Assembly (NCBI GenBank): GCA_035691205.1
Contig: DASSJM010000090.1
Coordinates: 9,059-73,058, forward strand
Source of the DNA: Actinomycetota bacterium
GTDB taxonomy: Bacteria > Actinomycetota > UBA4738 > HRBIN12
Direction of reading: 5' to 3'
Length of the DNA stretch: 64,000 bases
The position numbers and the translations under genes are program-made. Positions 39,483 through 49,084 of this stretch are shown piece by piece. The notes beneath the pieces were generated by a model that saw only the letters and a program-made list of their open reading frames with translations, was not told the origin of the DNA and made no database searches. Positions within the stretch are counted from its first letter, which is position 1. Every line of letters starts with the position of its first letter.

Positions 39483-41069
39483 ATGGCCAAGACCGAGGAC
39501 CTTCCCCAGTCTTCCCTGCGCACGGTCGAGGACCGGATCGAGGAGCTCCGTAGGCGCAAGGCCGCCCTGCTCGATGGGGCGCGCAAGGACGCCGTCCGCG
39601 CACAGCACGAGAAGGGCAAGCTCACCGCCCGTGAGCGCGTCGAGCTGCTGATGGATCGCGGCTCGTTCCAGGAGATCGACCCGCTGGTGGTCCACCGGAC
39701 GCACGACTTCGGGATGGACCGTCGGCGGCCCCCGGGCGACGGCGTCGTCACCGGCTTCGGCACCATCGACGGCCGGCGGGTGTTCGTCGCCAGCCAGGAC
39801 TTCACGATCTTCGGGGGCTCGCTCGGCGAGGTCCACGCGGAGAAGATCTGCAAGGTCATCGACCTCGCGATGAGCACCGGGGCCCCGTTCATCCAGATCA
39901 ACGACTCGGGCGGCGCGCGGATCCAGGAGGGCGCCGCGAGCCTGGCGGGCTACGGTCACGTGTTCGAGCGCAACGTGCGCGCGAGCGGCGTGATCCCCCA
40001 GATCAGCGTGATCATGGGTCCCTGCGCGGGCGGTGCCGTCTACTCCCCCGCGATCACGGACTTCACGTTCATGGTGCGCGAGACCTCGCACATGTTCATC
40101 ACCGGCCCCGACGTGATCAAGGCGGTGACGGGCGAGGAGGTCACGTTCGAGGAGCTCGGAGGGGCGATGACCCACGCGAGCAAGTCGGGCGTCGCATCGT
40201 TCATCAGCCAGGACGAGGAGGAGTGCCTCGCGATGGTGCGGCACCTGCTCTCGTACCTGCCGCAGAACAACCTGGAGGACCCGCCCGGCTACACGGCCGT
40301 GGACGACCCCGACCGGCGCGACGAGGGGCTCACGCACCTCGTGCCCGATTCGGCCAAGGAGCCGTACGACATGCACGAGGTGATCCGTCGCATCGTCGAC
40401 GACGGCGACTTCTTCGAGGTCTTCCCCTTCTGGGCGATGAACATCGTCACCGGGTTCGCCCGCCTGGACGGCCGGAGCGTCGGCGTGATCGCCAACCAGC
40501 CGAAGGTGCTCGCCGGCACGCTCGACATCGAGTCCAGCGAGAAGGCCTCGCGCTTCGTGCGGTTCTGCGATGCGTTCAACGTGCCGCTCGTCACGTTCGT
40601 CGACGTCCCGGGGTTCCTGCCGGGGACCGAGCAGGAGTTCCACGGCATCATCCGCCACGGCGCCAAGCTCCTGTACGCGTTCGCCGAGGCGACGGTACCC
40701 CGGCTCACCGTGATCACCCGCAAGGCCTACGGCGGCGCGTACCTGGTCATGAACTCCAAGCACCTGCGGGCCGACGTCTCGTTCGCATGGCCCACCGCCG
40801 AGATCGCGGTCATGGGTCCGGACGGGGCGGTGAACGTGGTCTTCCGCAAGGAGATCGAGAAGGCCGAGGATCCGGGGGCCAAGCGTGCCGAGCTGATCGC
40901 GCAGTACCAGGAGAAGTTCGCGACGCCGTACATCGCGGCCGAGCGAGGCTTCATCGACGACGTGATCGAGCCGGCCGACACCCGCCAGCGCCTGATCCGC
41001 GCGCTCCGGATGCTCTCCACCAAGCGCGAGGCCATCCCGGCGCGCAAGCACGGGAACATCCCACTGTGA
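39483..41069 (+). CDS. pccB: Propionyl-CoA / acyl-CoA carboxylase beta (carboxyltransferase) subunit
   Basis: 528 aa. Contains [48 protein letters not shown] and RKAYGGAY. Confidence 0.95.
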   Translation: MAKTEDLPQSSLRTVEDRIEELRRRKAALLDGARKDAVRAQHEKGKLTARERVELLMDRGSFQEIDPLVVHRTHDFGMDRRRPPGDGVVTGFGTIDGRRVFVASQDFTIFGGSLGEVHAEKICKVIDLAMSTGAPFIQINDSGGARIQEGAASLAGYGHVFERNVRASGVIPQISVIMGPCAGGAVYSPAITDFTFMVRETSHMFITGPDVIKAVTGEEVTFEELGGAMTHASKSGVASFISQDEEECLAMVRHLLSYLPQNNLEDPPGYTAVDDPDRRDEGLTHLVPDSAKEPYDMHEVIRRIVDDGDFFEVFPFWAMNIVTGFARLDGRSVGVIANQPKVLAGTLDIESSEKASRFVRFCDAFNVPLVTFVDVPGFLPGTEQEFHGIIRHGAKLLYAFAEATVPRLTVITRKAYGGAYLVMNSKHLRADVSFAWPTAEIAVMGPDGAVNVVFRKEIEKAEDPGAKRAELIAQYQEKFATPYIAAERGFIDDVIEPADTRQRLIRALRMLSTKREAIPARKHGNIPL

Positions 41070-41326
41070 CCGGCGACGGCCGCTTCGAGCTGCCCGAGGA
41101 CCTCACGCCCGAGGAGGAGCACGCGGTGATCCGCGCGCTCGAGCGCTACTTCGCGCAGGAGAGCCCGCACCCGCACCCGTGGGTGCTCGCGGGGCGTATC
41201 GCCGCCACCGGCCTGGGCGCGCTCCAGGCCCGACACCACACGGACACGCCGTGGGGGGTCGGCCGCCACGCTCCCTTCGCGCGCCGCGGGGTTCCGCCGA
41301 TGGTCGGGCGCGGCGACACCCGCTAG
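41066..41326 (+). CDS. Putative acyl-CoA carboxylase epsilon subunit
   Basis: 86 aa from GTG 41066, overlapping the pccB stop (GTGA). The [15 protein letters not shown] segment resembles ACC-epsilon peptides. The call rests on position and size. Confidence 0.45.
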   Translation: MTGDGRFELPEDLTPEEEHAVIRALERYFAQESPHPHPWVLAGRIAATGLGALQARHHTDTPWGVGRHAPFARRGVPPMVGRGDTR

Positions 41327-41623
41327 ATGGCCGCGACCACGACGCCGGGCGCCGTGCGCGGCCGAGACGACGCGACCGCCGCCTTCGAAGCCGAGGGCTG
41401 TTCCCCACCCCGTCCCTGGGGCAACGGCCCCGGCGACACGTACGGGGTCCACGCGCACGGCTACCACAAGGTGCTGTTCTGCCTCGCGGGCTCGATCACC
41501 TTCCACCTCGGAGACCGAGACGTCACGCTCGAGGCGGGCGACCGCCTGGACCTCGAGCCCGGCACCGAGCACGCCGCCACGGTCGGGCCCGACGGCTGCT
41601 CGTGCATCGAGGCGTCCCGATGA
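41327..41623 (+). CDS. Cupin-domain protein
   Basis: 98 aa. Its ATG directly follows the upstream TAG. Cupin motifs HAHGYHKV and PGTEHAA. Confidence 0.7.
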   Translation: MAATTTPGAVRGRDDATAAFEAEGCSPPRPWGNGPGDTYGVHAHGYHKVLFCLAGSITFHLGDRDVTLEAGDRLDLEPGTEHAATVGPDGCSCIEASR

Positions 41624-42744
41624 GGGCCGGGCTGCACGTCGACCAGCTCTTCTTCGCCGCGCCCGGCGGGATCGGCACCTACATCAGGAACCTCGTTCCC
41701 GGGCTCGCCCGGCAGGACCCGGCCCTGCAGCTCACGCTGTTCCACTCCAGGTTCGCCTCGCCCGAGGTCCCCGAGCGGTGGATGCGCGATCACTGGGTCG
41801 AGGAGCTTCCCGGCACGATCAAGACGCTGTACCCACGATGGGACACGGTCGGCCGGCCGGCGCTCCCGGCCTCCCTCGCGGCGCTCGACCTCGTGCACGC
41901 GACGAACCACGTGGCGATCCCGCCCGTCGCCGGCGGGCAGCGGCTCGTCGTCACCGTGCACGACCTGGCGTTCGAGTACTTCCCCAGCCTGTTCCCCCGC
42001 TCGTGGCGGATCTTGTACCGGCTCGGACTGCGGGCTGCGGTGCGGCGCGCCGACGCCATCTTGACCCCTTCGCGGAACACGGCCGAGGACATCGTGTCCC
42101 GGACCAAGGTCGATCCCCGGAAGCTCCACGTCGTGCCGCTGGCGGCGTCGCTGCCGACGACGGACCTCGACGTGGGCGAGACGCTCGGTCGCCTGAAGGT
42201 GCGTCCGCCGTACGTGCTCTTCGTCGGGACGATCGAGCCCAGGAAGAACCTCGTACGGCTGGTGCGCGCGTACCGCCGCATGGCCTCGACCGGCGTGCCG
42301 CACGCCCTCGTGCTCGCGGGACCCCTCGGCTGGCACCACGAGTCGCTGATGCGCGAGATCGCGCTGGAGGGCCCGGGCGAGATCGTCATGACGGGCTCGC
42401 TCGCGCCCGACGAGCTCGACGCCGTGTACCGGGCCGCGGACGCGTTCGTCTACCCCTCCCTGTATGAGGGCTTCGGCCTCCCGGTCATCGAGGCGATGGT
42501 CCGCGGCATCCCGACCGCCGCCTCGAACACCTCCTCGGTGCCCGAGGTGTGCGGCGACGCGGCGATCGGCGTCAACCCACGCTCGGTCCGCGAGATCGCC
42601 GCCGCGATCGAGGCGCTGTGCACCGACGTCGCGCTCGCCGAGAAGCTCGCGGCACGGGGGCGCGCGCGGGCCGAGCGCTTTTCCTGGGACGAGACCGCGC
42701 GCCTGACGCTCGCGGCGTACGAACAGGTGGTGGGCGGGAAGTGA
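41620..42744 (+). CDS. Glycosyltransferase family 4 (GT-B, GT1 domain)
   Basis: ATG 41620 overlaps the cupin stop (ATGA). Contains FVGTIEPRKN and YPSLYEGFGLPVIEAM. Confidence 0.85.
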   Translation: MRAGLHVDQLFFAAPGGIGTYIRNLVPGLARQDPALQLTLFHSRFASPEVPERWMRDHWVEELPGTIKTLYPRWDTVGRPALPASLAALDLVHATNHVAIPPVAGGQRLVVTVHDLAFEYFPSLFPRSWRILYRLGLRAAVRRADAILTPSRNTAEDIVSRTKVDPRKLHVVPLAASLPTTDLDVGETLGRLKVRPPYVLFVGTIEPRKNLVRLVRAYRRMASTGVPHALVLAGPLGWHHESLMREIALEGPGEIVMTGSLAPDELDAVYRAADAFVYPSLYEGFGLPVIEAMVRGIPTAASNTSSVPEVCGDAAIGVNPRSVREIAAAIEALCTDVALAEKLAARGRARAERFSWDETARLTLAAYEQVVGGK

Positions 42745-43661
42745 AGGTCTCGCTGATCACCACGGTGCTGAACGCGGCCGACCGCGTCGAGGCGTTCCTC
42801 GAGTCCGTGACGTGGCAGACGCGCCCGCCGGACGAGGTGATCGTGGTCGACGGGGGCTCGAGCGACCGAACGCTCGACGTGCTCCGCGATGCCGAGGGCA
42901 TCACCCTGCTCGAGGAACCGGGCGCGAACATCGCCCGCGGCCGCAACGTCGCCGTCGCGGCGGCGACGCACGAGGTCCTCGCGGTCTCCGACGCCGACTG
43001 CGTGCTCGAGCACGACTGGCTAGAGAAGCTGATGGACCCGCTCGAGGCAGGCGCCGACGTCTCGATGGGCTTCTACCGCCCGCTGGCCGAGTCCTTCCTG
43101 CATCGGGTCATGGCCTGCGTGAACCTCCCCGACGCCGAGGAGCTTGACGAGACGACCTTCATGCCGAGCGGCCGATCCGTGGCGTTCACGCGCGAGGCGC
43201 TCGAGCGCGCGGGCGGCTACCCGGAGTGGCTCGACATCGGCGAGGACATGTTCGTGAACCACCGCTTCCGCGAGCTCGGCCTCGACATGCGGCTGGCGCG
43301 GAACGCGATCGTGAACTGGCCGATGCGGGACTCGCTCGGCGCGACCTGGCGTCAGTACTTCAGGTACGCGCGAGGCGATGCGATCGCCGGGATGTACCCC
43401 GAGCGACACGCGCTTCGGTTCGGCGTGTACTCCGCGGCGCTCTACGCGTGGTCGACGAGGGGCGCGCTCCGCAAGATCGCGACGCTGGCCGGCGCGGGCG
43501 CCTACGCCCGGACCCCGCTGCGGCGCGCCGCGGAGCGCTTCGAGGATCCCGCCGAGCGCGCGAAGGCGATGGTCGCGGTCCCCGCGCTGATGGCCTTCGT
43601 CGACGTCGCGAAGATGAGCGGCTACCTCGCGGGGCTGCCCAACCGCCGTCAGCCCTCGTAG
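42741..43661 (+). CDS. Glycosyltransferase family 2 (GT-A)
   Basis: GTG 42741 overlaps the GT4 stop (GTGA). Contains VSLITTVLNAA, VIVVDGGSSDRT, the SDADC (DxD) motif, and a hydrophobic C-terminal region. Confidence 0.85.
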   Translation: MKVSLITTVLNAADRVEAFLESVTWQTRPPDEVIVVDGGSSDRTLDVLRDAEGITLLEEPGANIARGRNVAVAAATHEVLAVSDADCVLEHDWLEKLMDPLEAGADVSMGFYRPLAESFLHRVMACVNLPDAEELDETTFMPSGRSVAFTREALERAGGYPEWLDIGEDMFVNHRFRELGLDMRLARNAIVNWPMRDSLGATWRQYFRYARGDAIAGMYPERHALRFGVYSAALYAWSTRGALRKIATLAGAGAYARTPLRRAAERFEDPAERAKAMVAVPALMAFVDVAKMSGYLAGLPNRRQPS

Positions 43662-44512
43662 TCGTAGAAGCCGCGGCCGACCTTCCGTCCGAGACGGCCG
43701 GCCGTCACCATCCGCTTCAGCAGCGGGGGCGGCGCGAAGGTCGGCTCCTTGAACTCCTCGAACAAGACGTTCGCCACGAACAGGTGCGTGTCCAGGCCGA
43801 TCAGGTCGATCAGGCGGAGCGGGCCCATCGGGTGGTTCAGGCCAAGGTGGACCGCCGTGTCGATGTCCTCGCGCGTCGCGAACCCATCCTCGAGCATCCG
43901 CACCGCGCTGTTCAGGTACGGGATCAGGAGCATGTTCACGATGAAACCGGCTCGGTCACGGGACTCGACCGTGGTCTTGCCCAGGACCACGCCGTAGGCC
44001 CGCCCGAACTCGATCGTCTCGTCCGCGGTCGTGATCGCCTTCACGAGCTCGATCAGCCCCATCACCGGCACCGGGTTGAAGAAGTGCATGCCGAGCACCA
44101 GCTCGGGGCGCTTGGTCGCGGCCCCGAGGTCCGCGATCGGGATCGACGACGTGTTCGAGGCCAAGATCACGTCGGGGCGGGTGACCTCGTCGAGGCGCTG
44201 GAACAGCGCGACCTTGGTGTCGCGGTCCTCGCTGGCCGCCTCGACCACGAGGTCGACGTCGGCGAGGTCGTTCACATCGGTCGTGCCCGAGATCCTGCCC
44301 AGGGTCTCCGAGCGCTCGGCGTCGGACAGGCGCTCACGCTCGACCGCGCGGAGCGTCGAGGTCTCGATGCGGTGGCGCCCGGCCTCGACGAGCTCGTCGC
44401 TCGCCTCGAGGAACACGACGCGCTGGCCCGCCCTCGCCGCGACCTCCGCGATGCCCGAGCCCATGAGCCCGCAGCCGACGACCCCGACCGAGCGAACGTC
44501 CTCCGCCTTCAC
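43649..44512 (-). CDS. hbd: 3-hydroxybutyryl-CoA (3-hydroxyacyl-CoA) dehydrogenase
   Basis: ORF 43649..44569 trimmed to GTG 44512. Contains VGVVGCGLMGSGIA, ASNTSS, HFFNPVPVM and GFIVNM. Confidence 0.9.
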   Translation of the reverse strand: MKAEDVRSVGVVGCGLMGSGIAEVAARAGQRVVFLEASDELVEAGRHRIETSTLRAVERERLSDAERSETLGRISGTTDVNDLADVDLVVEAASEDRDTKVALFQRLDEVTRPDVILASNTSSIPIADLGAATKRPELVLGMHFFNPVPVMGLIELVKAITTADETIEFGRAYGVVLGKTTVESRDRAGFIVNMLLIPYLNSAVRMLEDGFATREDIDTAVHLGLNHPMGPLRLIDLIGLDTHLFVANVLFEEFKEPTFAPPPLLKRMVTAGRLGRKVGRGFYDYEG

Positions 44513-44522
44513 GCGGCCAAGC

Positions 44523-44732
44523 CTAGCGCCTGACCCGGAACCCGCACTCGGCGCATCGCTCGTCCGCATCCGCGACCGAGGATCCGCAGTAGGCGCACAC
44601 GCCCGGATCGTGGGCGCCTGGTGCCTCGTCCGAGCGCGCGAACCGGTGCTTGATCATCGGTCCGAGCAGCACGAGCGCCACGATCAGCGCGGGGATCAAC
44701 AGCTCCTCACCCTGGTGCGCGAGCACGCCCAT
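44523..44732 (-). CDS. Small membrane protein with C-terminal zinc ribbon
   Basis: 69 aa (MGVLAHQGEELLIPALIVALVLLGPMI...CAYCGSS...CAECGF). Its ATG shares one nt with the upstream stop (TGATG). Confidence 0.5.
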   Translation of the reverse strand: MGVLAHQGEELLIPALIVALVLLGPMIKHRFARSDEAPGAHDPGVCAYCGSSVADADERCAECGFRVRR

Positions 44733-46054
44733 CACCCCGACAGGATCAGCAACCCGGTGGCGGTGAACACGATCATCACCCCGAGCAACGCGTACTGCGT
44801 CCGCAGCGCCACGCCGGGCGGGTAGACGGCGATCGCGCGGTCGTGCGCGAGGATCACGCCGCCGATGTGTCCCGCGACGATGGCCACCACCTGGACGTAC
44901 CAGATCGTCGTCGCGGACAGGAGCGTCAGGTCGACGAGCCGGTCCGCGGTGCCGAAGAGGTTCCATCCGCGGTCGAACGGATCGGACAGCCGAGCGATGC
45001 CGATCTGCCCCTCGATCAGCAGGAACGAGAAGTAGTGGGCGACCACGTACGCGAACGCGATCGGCACGAGGCTGTGCGCGAATCGGACGGCGGGGACGTG
45101 CCACCCCTCCCCCGTGATCCACCCGGCGACGAGCATCGCGATCGCGTACAGCCCGGCGACGAGCAGGATCGTGCCGAGCAGGCCAGCGGTCTCGGCCAGC
45201 GTCTCGGGCACGCCCGTGAGGGTCCCGGTCCAGTCGTCCCACCACGACGACCGGCTGAACCCGTCGAACGTGGTCGACCCGAGCGCGACCAGGATCAGCG
45301 CGAGCAGACCGGGCCGCGGCCGGAGCGTTGCGAGCCCTCCCAGCGGCGGACGCGGGACCACAAGCCCGTCCCGGTCGCGCGTGAGCAACGACATGCGCGC
45401 GAACAGCCCGAGGTAGACGGCGAACGCCTCGCCGTGCTCGACCCATGCCCGTCGTCCGTAGATCGCCATGCCACCCAGGGTGATCAGCGTGTACCCGACG
45501 ATGGCGTACCCGAGCGTTCCCGGCCGGTCGGCGAACGGGTCCGCCAGCTCCAGCCAGACGAACCCGAACAGGAGCATCGCCGCCGGCCACATCCCCCAGG
45601 CCTTCGGGTAGGGGCGGGTCGGCCCGCGCTCGGACTCGTCGAACCCCAGCAGCCGCCCGAGCGTGTCGAAGGGCGAGAGCGTCGCCCACCAGTTCCCCAG
45701 GAACGCCTGAGCGAACGCGAGCCCGACCCAGAACCAGATGAACACCACCACGGGGCCGATCGTCTCCGTCGGGGCGAGCGGCAGGAACGAGGCGATCGTC
45801 ACGACCACGAAGAACCCGAGGCTGAGCAGGCGGATGGTCCACTCGAGCGCCCGGTTCGTGAGGACGCGCTGGATCGCCGAGGGGCGTCCGCGGCGCTCGG
45901 CCCGTCCCTCGAACCGCGGCTCGCGCCACAGCGCGGCGAGCGCGACGAACGAGACGACGAGCGCCGTGCCCGCGCCGAACACGAACATCCAGCGGGGCAC
46001 CGGGAGGTCGACCCGGCCGCCGAGGCCGTGCGCGAGGATCCCGGCGAGCGTCAT
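44732..46054 (-). CDS. Polytopic integral membrane protein of unknown function
   Basis: ORF 44732..46138 trimmed to ATG 46054. 440 aa with at least 10 hydrophobic helices, Trp-rich (WWATLSPFD, SSWWDDW). Lies 4 nt after the upstream gene. Confidence 0.65.
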   Translation of the reverse strand: MTLAGILAHGLGGRVDLPVPRWMFVFGAGTALVVSFVALAALWREPRFEGRAERRGRPSAIQRVLTNRALEWTIRLLSLGFFVVVTIASFLPLAPTETIGPVVVFIWFWVGLAFAQAFLGNWWATLSPFDTLGRLLGFDESERGPTRPYPKAWGMWPAAMLLFGFVWLELADPFADRPGTLGYAIVGYTLITLGGMAIYGRRAWVEHGEAFAVYLGLFARMSLLTRDRDGLVVPRPPLGGLATLRPRPGLLALILVALGSTTFDGFSRSSWWDDWTGTLTGVPETLAETAGLLGTILLVAGLYAIAMLVAGWITGEGWHVPAVRFAHSLVPIAFAYVVAHYFSFLLIEGQIGIARLSDPFDRGWNLFGTADRLVDLTLLSATTIWYVQVVAIVAGHIGGVILAHDRAIAVYPPGVALRTQYALLGVMIVFTATGLLILSG

Positions 46055-46058
46055 GGCC

Positions 46059-46541
46059 TCAGGGGACGACCGAGAGCTCGAGCAGCAGGAGCCCGGCCGA
46101 CTCCAGCTCGACCTCGTAGACCCCGGCGGCGTCGGCACGGAAGACGATGACCGCCGGCTCCTGTGGCGTGACGTCGGCGGTCAGGTCGTAGCCGTGGACG
46201 TGCACCTCATCCGAGACGTCGGCCTGCACGACGATGCGCACCCGTTCCCCCTGGGGGACCTCGACGTCGCCGGGTCCGCTGACCTCGCCACCCTCCACCT
46301 CGATCTCGATCTCGAACGCGTCGGGGCTCGGCGACTCGCTCGGCTCCTCGGTCGGGCTGGGCGCTCCGGTCGGGCTCGGCGTCTCGCTCTGGGTGGGCCC
46401 TTCGGTTGGGCTGGGCACGTCGGTCGGGGTCGGGGTCGGACCTGATGCAACCTCGTCCTCGTCCCCCGGTCGGAGCACCAGGAACAGGGTCACGACGGCC
46501 GCAGCGCCGACGACGATGGCGATCCAACGCGATGGCTTCAC
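46059..46541 (-). CDS. Membrane-anchored extracytoplasmic beta-rich domain protein (cupredoxin-like, HVHGYD motif, no Cys)
   Basis: 160 aa. N-terminal TM anchor, PT/SP linker, then ~90 aa (RVRIVVQADVSDEVHVHGYD...GVYEVELE). Confidence 0.6.
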   Translation of the reverse strand: MKPSRWIAIVVGAAAVVTLFLVLRPGDEDEVASGPTPTPTDVPSPTEGPTQSETPSPTGAPSPTEEPSESPSPDAFEIEIEVEGGEVSGPGDVEVPQGERVRIVVQADVSDEVHVHGYDLTADVTPQEPAVIVFRADAAGVYEVELESAGLLLLELSVVP

Positions 46542-46637
46542 GGTCTCCTCCTTCGCATCACGGCCGCGCGCGTGCGAAGGAGCGGGGCCGGTCCATGGTC
46601 AGACCAGCCTAGCGGGTAGCGCCCAGGGTCCCGGTGG

Positions 46638-47795
46638 TCAGCAGACCTGCGCGAGGAGCGGGAAGGGGTTGACGGCCGAGCCGACCACCGAGTAGCCGTA
46701 CGGGCTCGCGGGCCAGTTGGTCGGGATCTGGTTGGGGTGCCACTCGAAGTGGTTGTGGGGCGTGCTCGCGTTGCCGGTGGTGCCCACGTACCCGACGATG
46801 TCGCCGGCGCTCACCGGCCCCGTCACCCCCGGCTGCATCAGGTGGGCGTTGTACGTGTAGCCGAGGTCTCCGTGCACGTACACGGCGTAGCCGCCCAGCG
46901 TGTTCGTCGAGGTCGACGCGTAGCCGTCGAACGTGGCGCGGATCGGCGTCCCCATCGGCGCCATGATGTCGTTGCCAGCGTGCGGGTGGTAGCCGCCCCC
47001 GTAGCGTGGCGCGCCCAGCCCGTCGTAGACGGCGCGCGGCGGGTCGACGGGACACACCCTGAACACCCCGTCGTAGAACTGCACCCCGTACAGGGCTGCG
47101 AGCTCGCGCTTGTACTTCTTCTCGAGATCCTTCACCAGCTCCTCGGCCCGCGCCTTCTTGACCTGCAGGTCGTCGATGATGCTCTGCTGCTCGGCGAACT
47201 TGGCGTCGAGCGCGGCCTTCTGCTCCTCGACCTTGCGGAGCGCGTCCGCGGCCTTCGCCTGCAGGTCCTCCTGGTCCGCCTTCTCGGCGGAGAGCGTGTT
47301 CCTGACGTTCTGCACCTCGGTGGCCAGGTCCGTATCGTTCTCGTTGAGCGCGCTCACGTACTCGGCCCGAAGCGTGAGGTCCGCGAGCGAGGTCGCGCCG
47401 AGCAGGAACTCGATCTCGTTGCCGGGGCCGGTGATGTAGGCCTCACGGACCCGGGCGTCCAGCTGGTCGTGCAGCCGCTGGAACTCGTCCTGCGCCTCCG
47501 CGAGCTCGAGCCTGGTGTTGCGGAGCTCCTCGGTGATCTGCTCGTAGCGGCTCTCGGCCTGCTGCAGCTGCTCGGCCACCACCGCCGTCTCCAACATGAT
47601 CCGCTCGAGGACCTTCTGCTGGGACTCGATCTCGGCGGTGAGCTGCTTGAACTCCGCCTCCGCGGCCTCCAGCTGGGCCTTGGTCGAGGGCTCCGCCCCG
47701 GCCACCCCTCCGAGGGCCGCGACCAGCCCGAGCGCGCCGAGCACGCCGACGGCGCGGCGGAACAGGGCGCGGGCGGATCTGCGGTTATCGGCCAT
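46638..47795 (-). CDS. Secreted coiled-coil M23 (LytM) metallopeptidase
   Basis: 385 aa. Signal peptide, ~200-aa coiled coil, and an M23 domain with HAGNDI and HNHFEW. Confidence 0.85.
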   Translation of the reverse strand: MADNRRSARALFRRAVGVLGALGLVAALGGVAGAEPSTKAQLEAAEAEFKQLTAEIESQQKVLERIMLETAVVAEQLQQAESRYEQITEELRNTRLELAEAQDEFQRLHDQLDARVREAYITGPGNEIEFLLGATSLADLTLRAEYVSALNENDTDLATEVQNVRNTLSAEKADQEDLQAKAADALRKVEEQKAALDAKFAEQQSIIDDLQVKKARAEELVKDLEKKYKRELAALYGVQFYDGVFRVCPVDPPRAVYDGLGAPRYGGGYHPHAGNDIMAPMGTPIRATFDGYASTSTNTLGGYAVYVHGDLGYTYNAHLMQPGVTGPVSAGDIVGYVGTTGNASTPHNHFEWHPNQIPTNWPASPYGYSVVGSAVNPFPLLAQVC

Positions 47796-47917
47796 GGGGA
47801 AGGACCCTTCCTATCGAACGGCCGGAGCGGGTGTCAACCGTGCCTGGTCAGAGCCACCGTTTCAACCACCCCCCGCGATCAGCCTCGGCGGTCAGCGACT
47901 CCGTCTTGAGCACCCCC

Positions 47918-49075
47918 CTAGGGCCGGGCGTCCGGCAGGCCCAGCGAGCGCGCGATCAGCAGGCGCTGGATCTCGCTGGTGCCCTCGCCGATCTCCAGCA
48001 CCTTCGCGTCTCGGTAGAACCGCGCCACGGGGAAGTCCTCCACGTAGCCGTACCCGCCGTGGACCTGGACGGCCTCCCGGGCGGCCGAGACCGCCACCTC
48101 GCTGGCGTAGAGCTTGGCGATCGAGGCCTCCGTGGCGTACGGGTGGCCGGCGTCGCGGAGCCGAGCGGCCCGCCGGTACGCGAGGCGGGCGGTCTCGACC
48201 CCGACCTTCATGTCGGCGAGCTTGAACCGGATCGCCTCGAACGCGCCGATCGGATGCCCGAACGCCTCGCGCTCGCCCGCGTAGCGGACGCTCTCCTCCA
48301 GGCACCCGCGGGCGAGACCGACCGAGAGCGCCGCGGTCGCGATCCGCCCGTCGGCGAGCGTCTCGAGGAACTCCGCGTAGCCGCGCCCGCGCCCGCCGAG
48401 GAGGTTGGCGGCCGGCACCCGGCACCCGTCGAATGCCAGCTCGTGGGTATCGCTCGCGCGCCAGCCCACCTTGCGGTAGCTGGCACCGACCGTCAACCCG
48501 GCCGATCCCGCCGGAACGATGATCGTCGAGATGTCGCCGTGCTCGGCATGCTCGTCGCGCGCGGCGACCAGGATCGCCGACGTGAGCGGCGTCCCCGAGT
48601 TGGTGATGAAGGCCTTCGAGCCGTCGATCACCCACTCCTCGCCCTCGAGCCGTGCGGTGGTGCGGATGGCGTGTGCGTCCGAGCCGCCGCCGGGCTCGGT
48701 GAGCGCGAACGCTCCGATCGCCTCGCCCTTCGCCATCGGCACGAGCCATCGCTCACGCTGCTCGTCGGTGCCGTAGCGGAAGATCGGGTTGGCCGCGAGC
48801 CCCACGGCGGCCTCGAGCGTGATCGCGACCGACGAGTCGTAGCGGGCGATCTCCTCGAGCGCGATGCAGAACGAGGACAGGTCGCCGCCCTGACCACCCC
48901 AGCGCTCGGGGAACGGGATCCCGAACAGTCCCATCTCGGCCGCGGCGCGCACGACCTCGAGCGGGAACTCCTCGCGCTCGTCGTACCCGGGAGCCGCGGG
49001 CGCCACGACCTCTTCGGCGAAGGCCCGCACCGCGTCGCGGAGCGCCTCCTCCTCGGGCGAAAGCTCGGGGTCCAC
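47918..49075 (-). CDS. Acyl-CoA dehydrogenase
   Basis: 385 aa. Contains FALTEPGGGSD and QVHGGYGYVEDFPVARFYRDAKVLEIGEGTSEIQ. Confidence 0.9.
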   Translation of the reverse strand: MDPELSPEEEALRDAVRAFAEEVVAPAAPGYDEREEFPLEVVRAAAEMGLFGIPFPERWGGQGGDLSSFCIALEEIARYDSSVAITLEAAVGLAANPIFRYGTDEQRERWLVPMAKGEAIGAFALTEPGGGSDAHAIRTTARLEGEEWVIDGSKAFITNSGTPLTSAILVAARDEHAEHGDISTIIVPAGSAGLTVGASYRKVGWRASDTHELAFDGCRVPAANLLGGRGRGYAEFLETLADGRIATAALSVGLARGCLEESVRYAGEREAFGHPIGAFEAIRFKLADMKVGVETARLAYRRAARLRDAGHPYATEASIAKLYASEVAVSAAREAVQVHGGYGYVEDFPVARFYRDAKVLEIGEGTSEIQRLLIARSLGLPDARP

Positions 49076-49084
49076 GCCTTGAGC

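Noticed and set aside
46300-46450. Apparent DNA repeats encoding PTPTPT/SPSP runs. The same pattern occurs at 20270-20350 in the lipoprotein gene.
   Set aside because: These are low-complexity Pro/Thr/Ser linker-coding sequences in secreted or anchored proteins. They are imperfect and in frame, and are not tandem repeats or mobile-element termini.
47796-47917. Confident call of a ydaO/cyclic-di-AMP riboswitch upstream of the M23 peptidase.
   Set aside because: I could not match the conserved ydaO core segments or its pseudo-two-fold architecture by eye, and the leader is also rather short. It is reported only as a low-confidence structured-leader candidate to be tested with Infernal.
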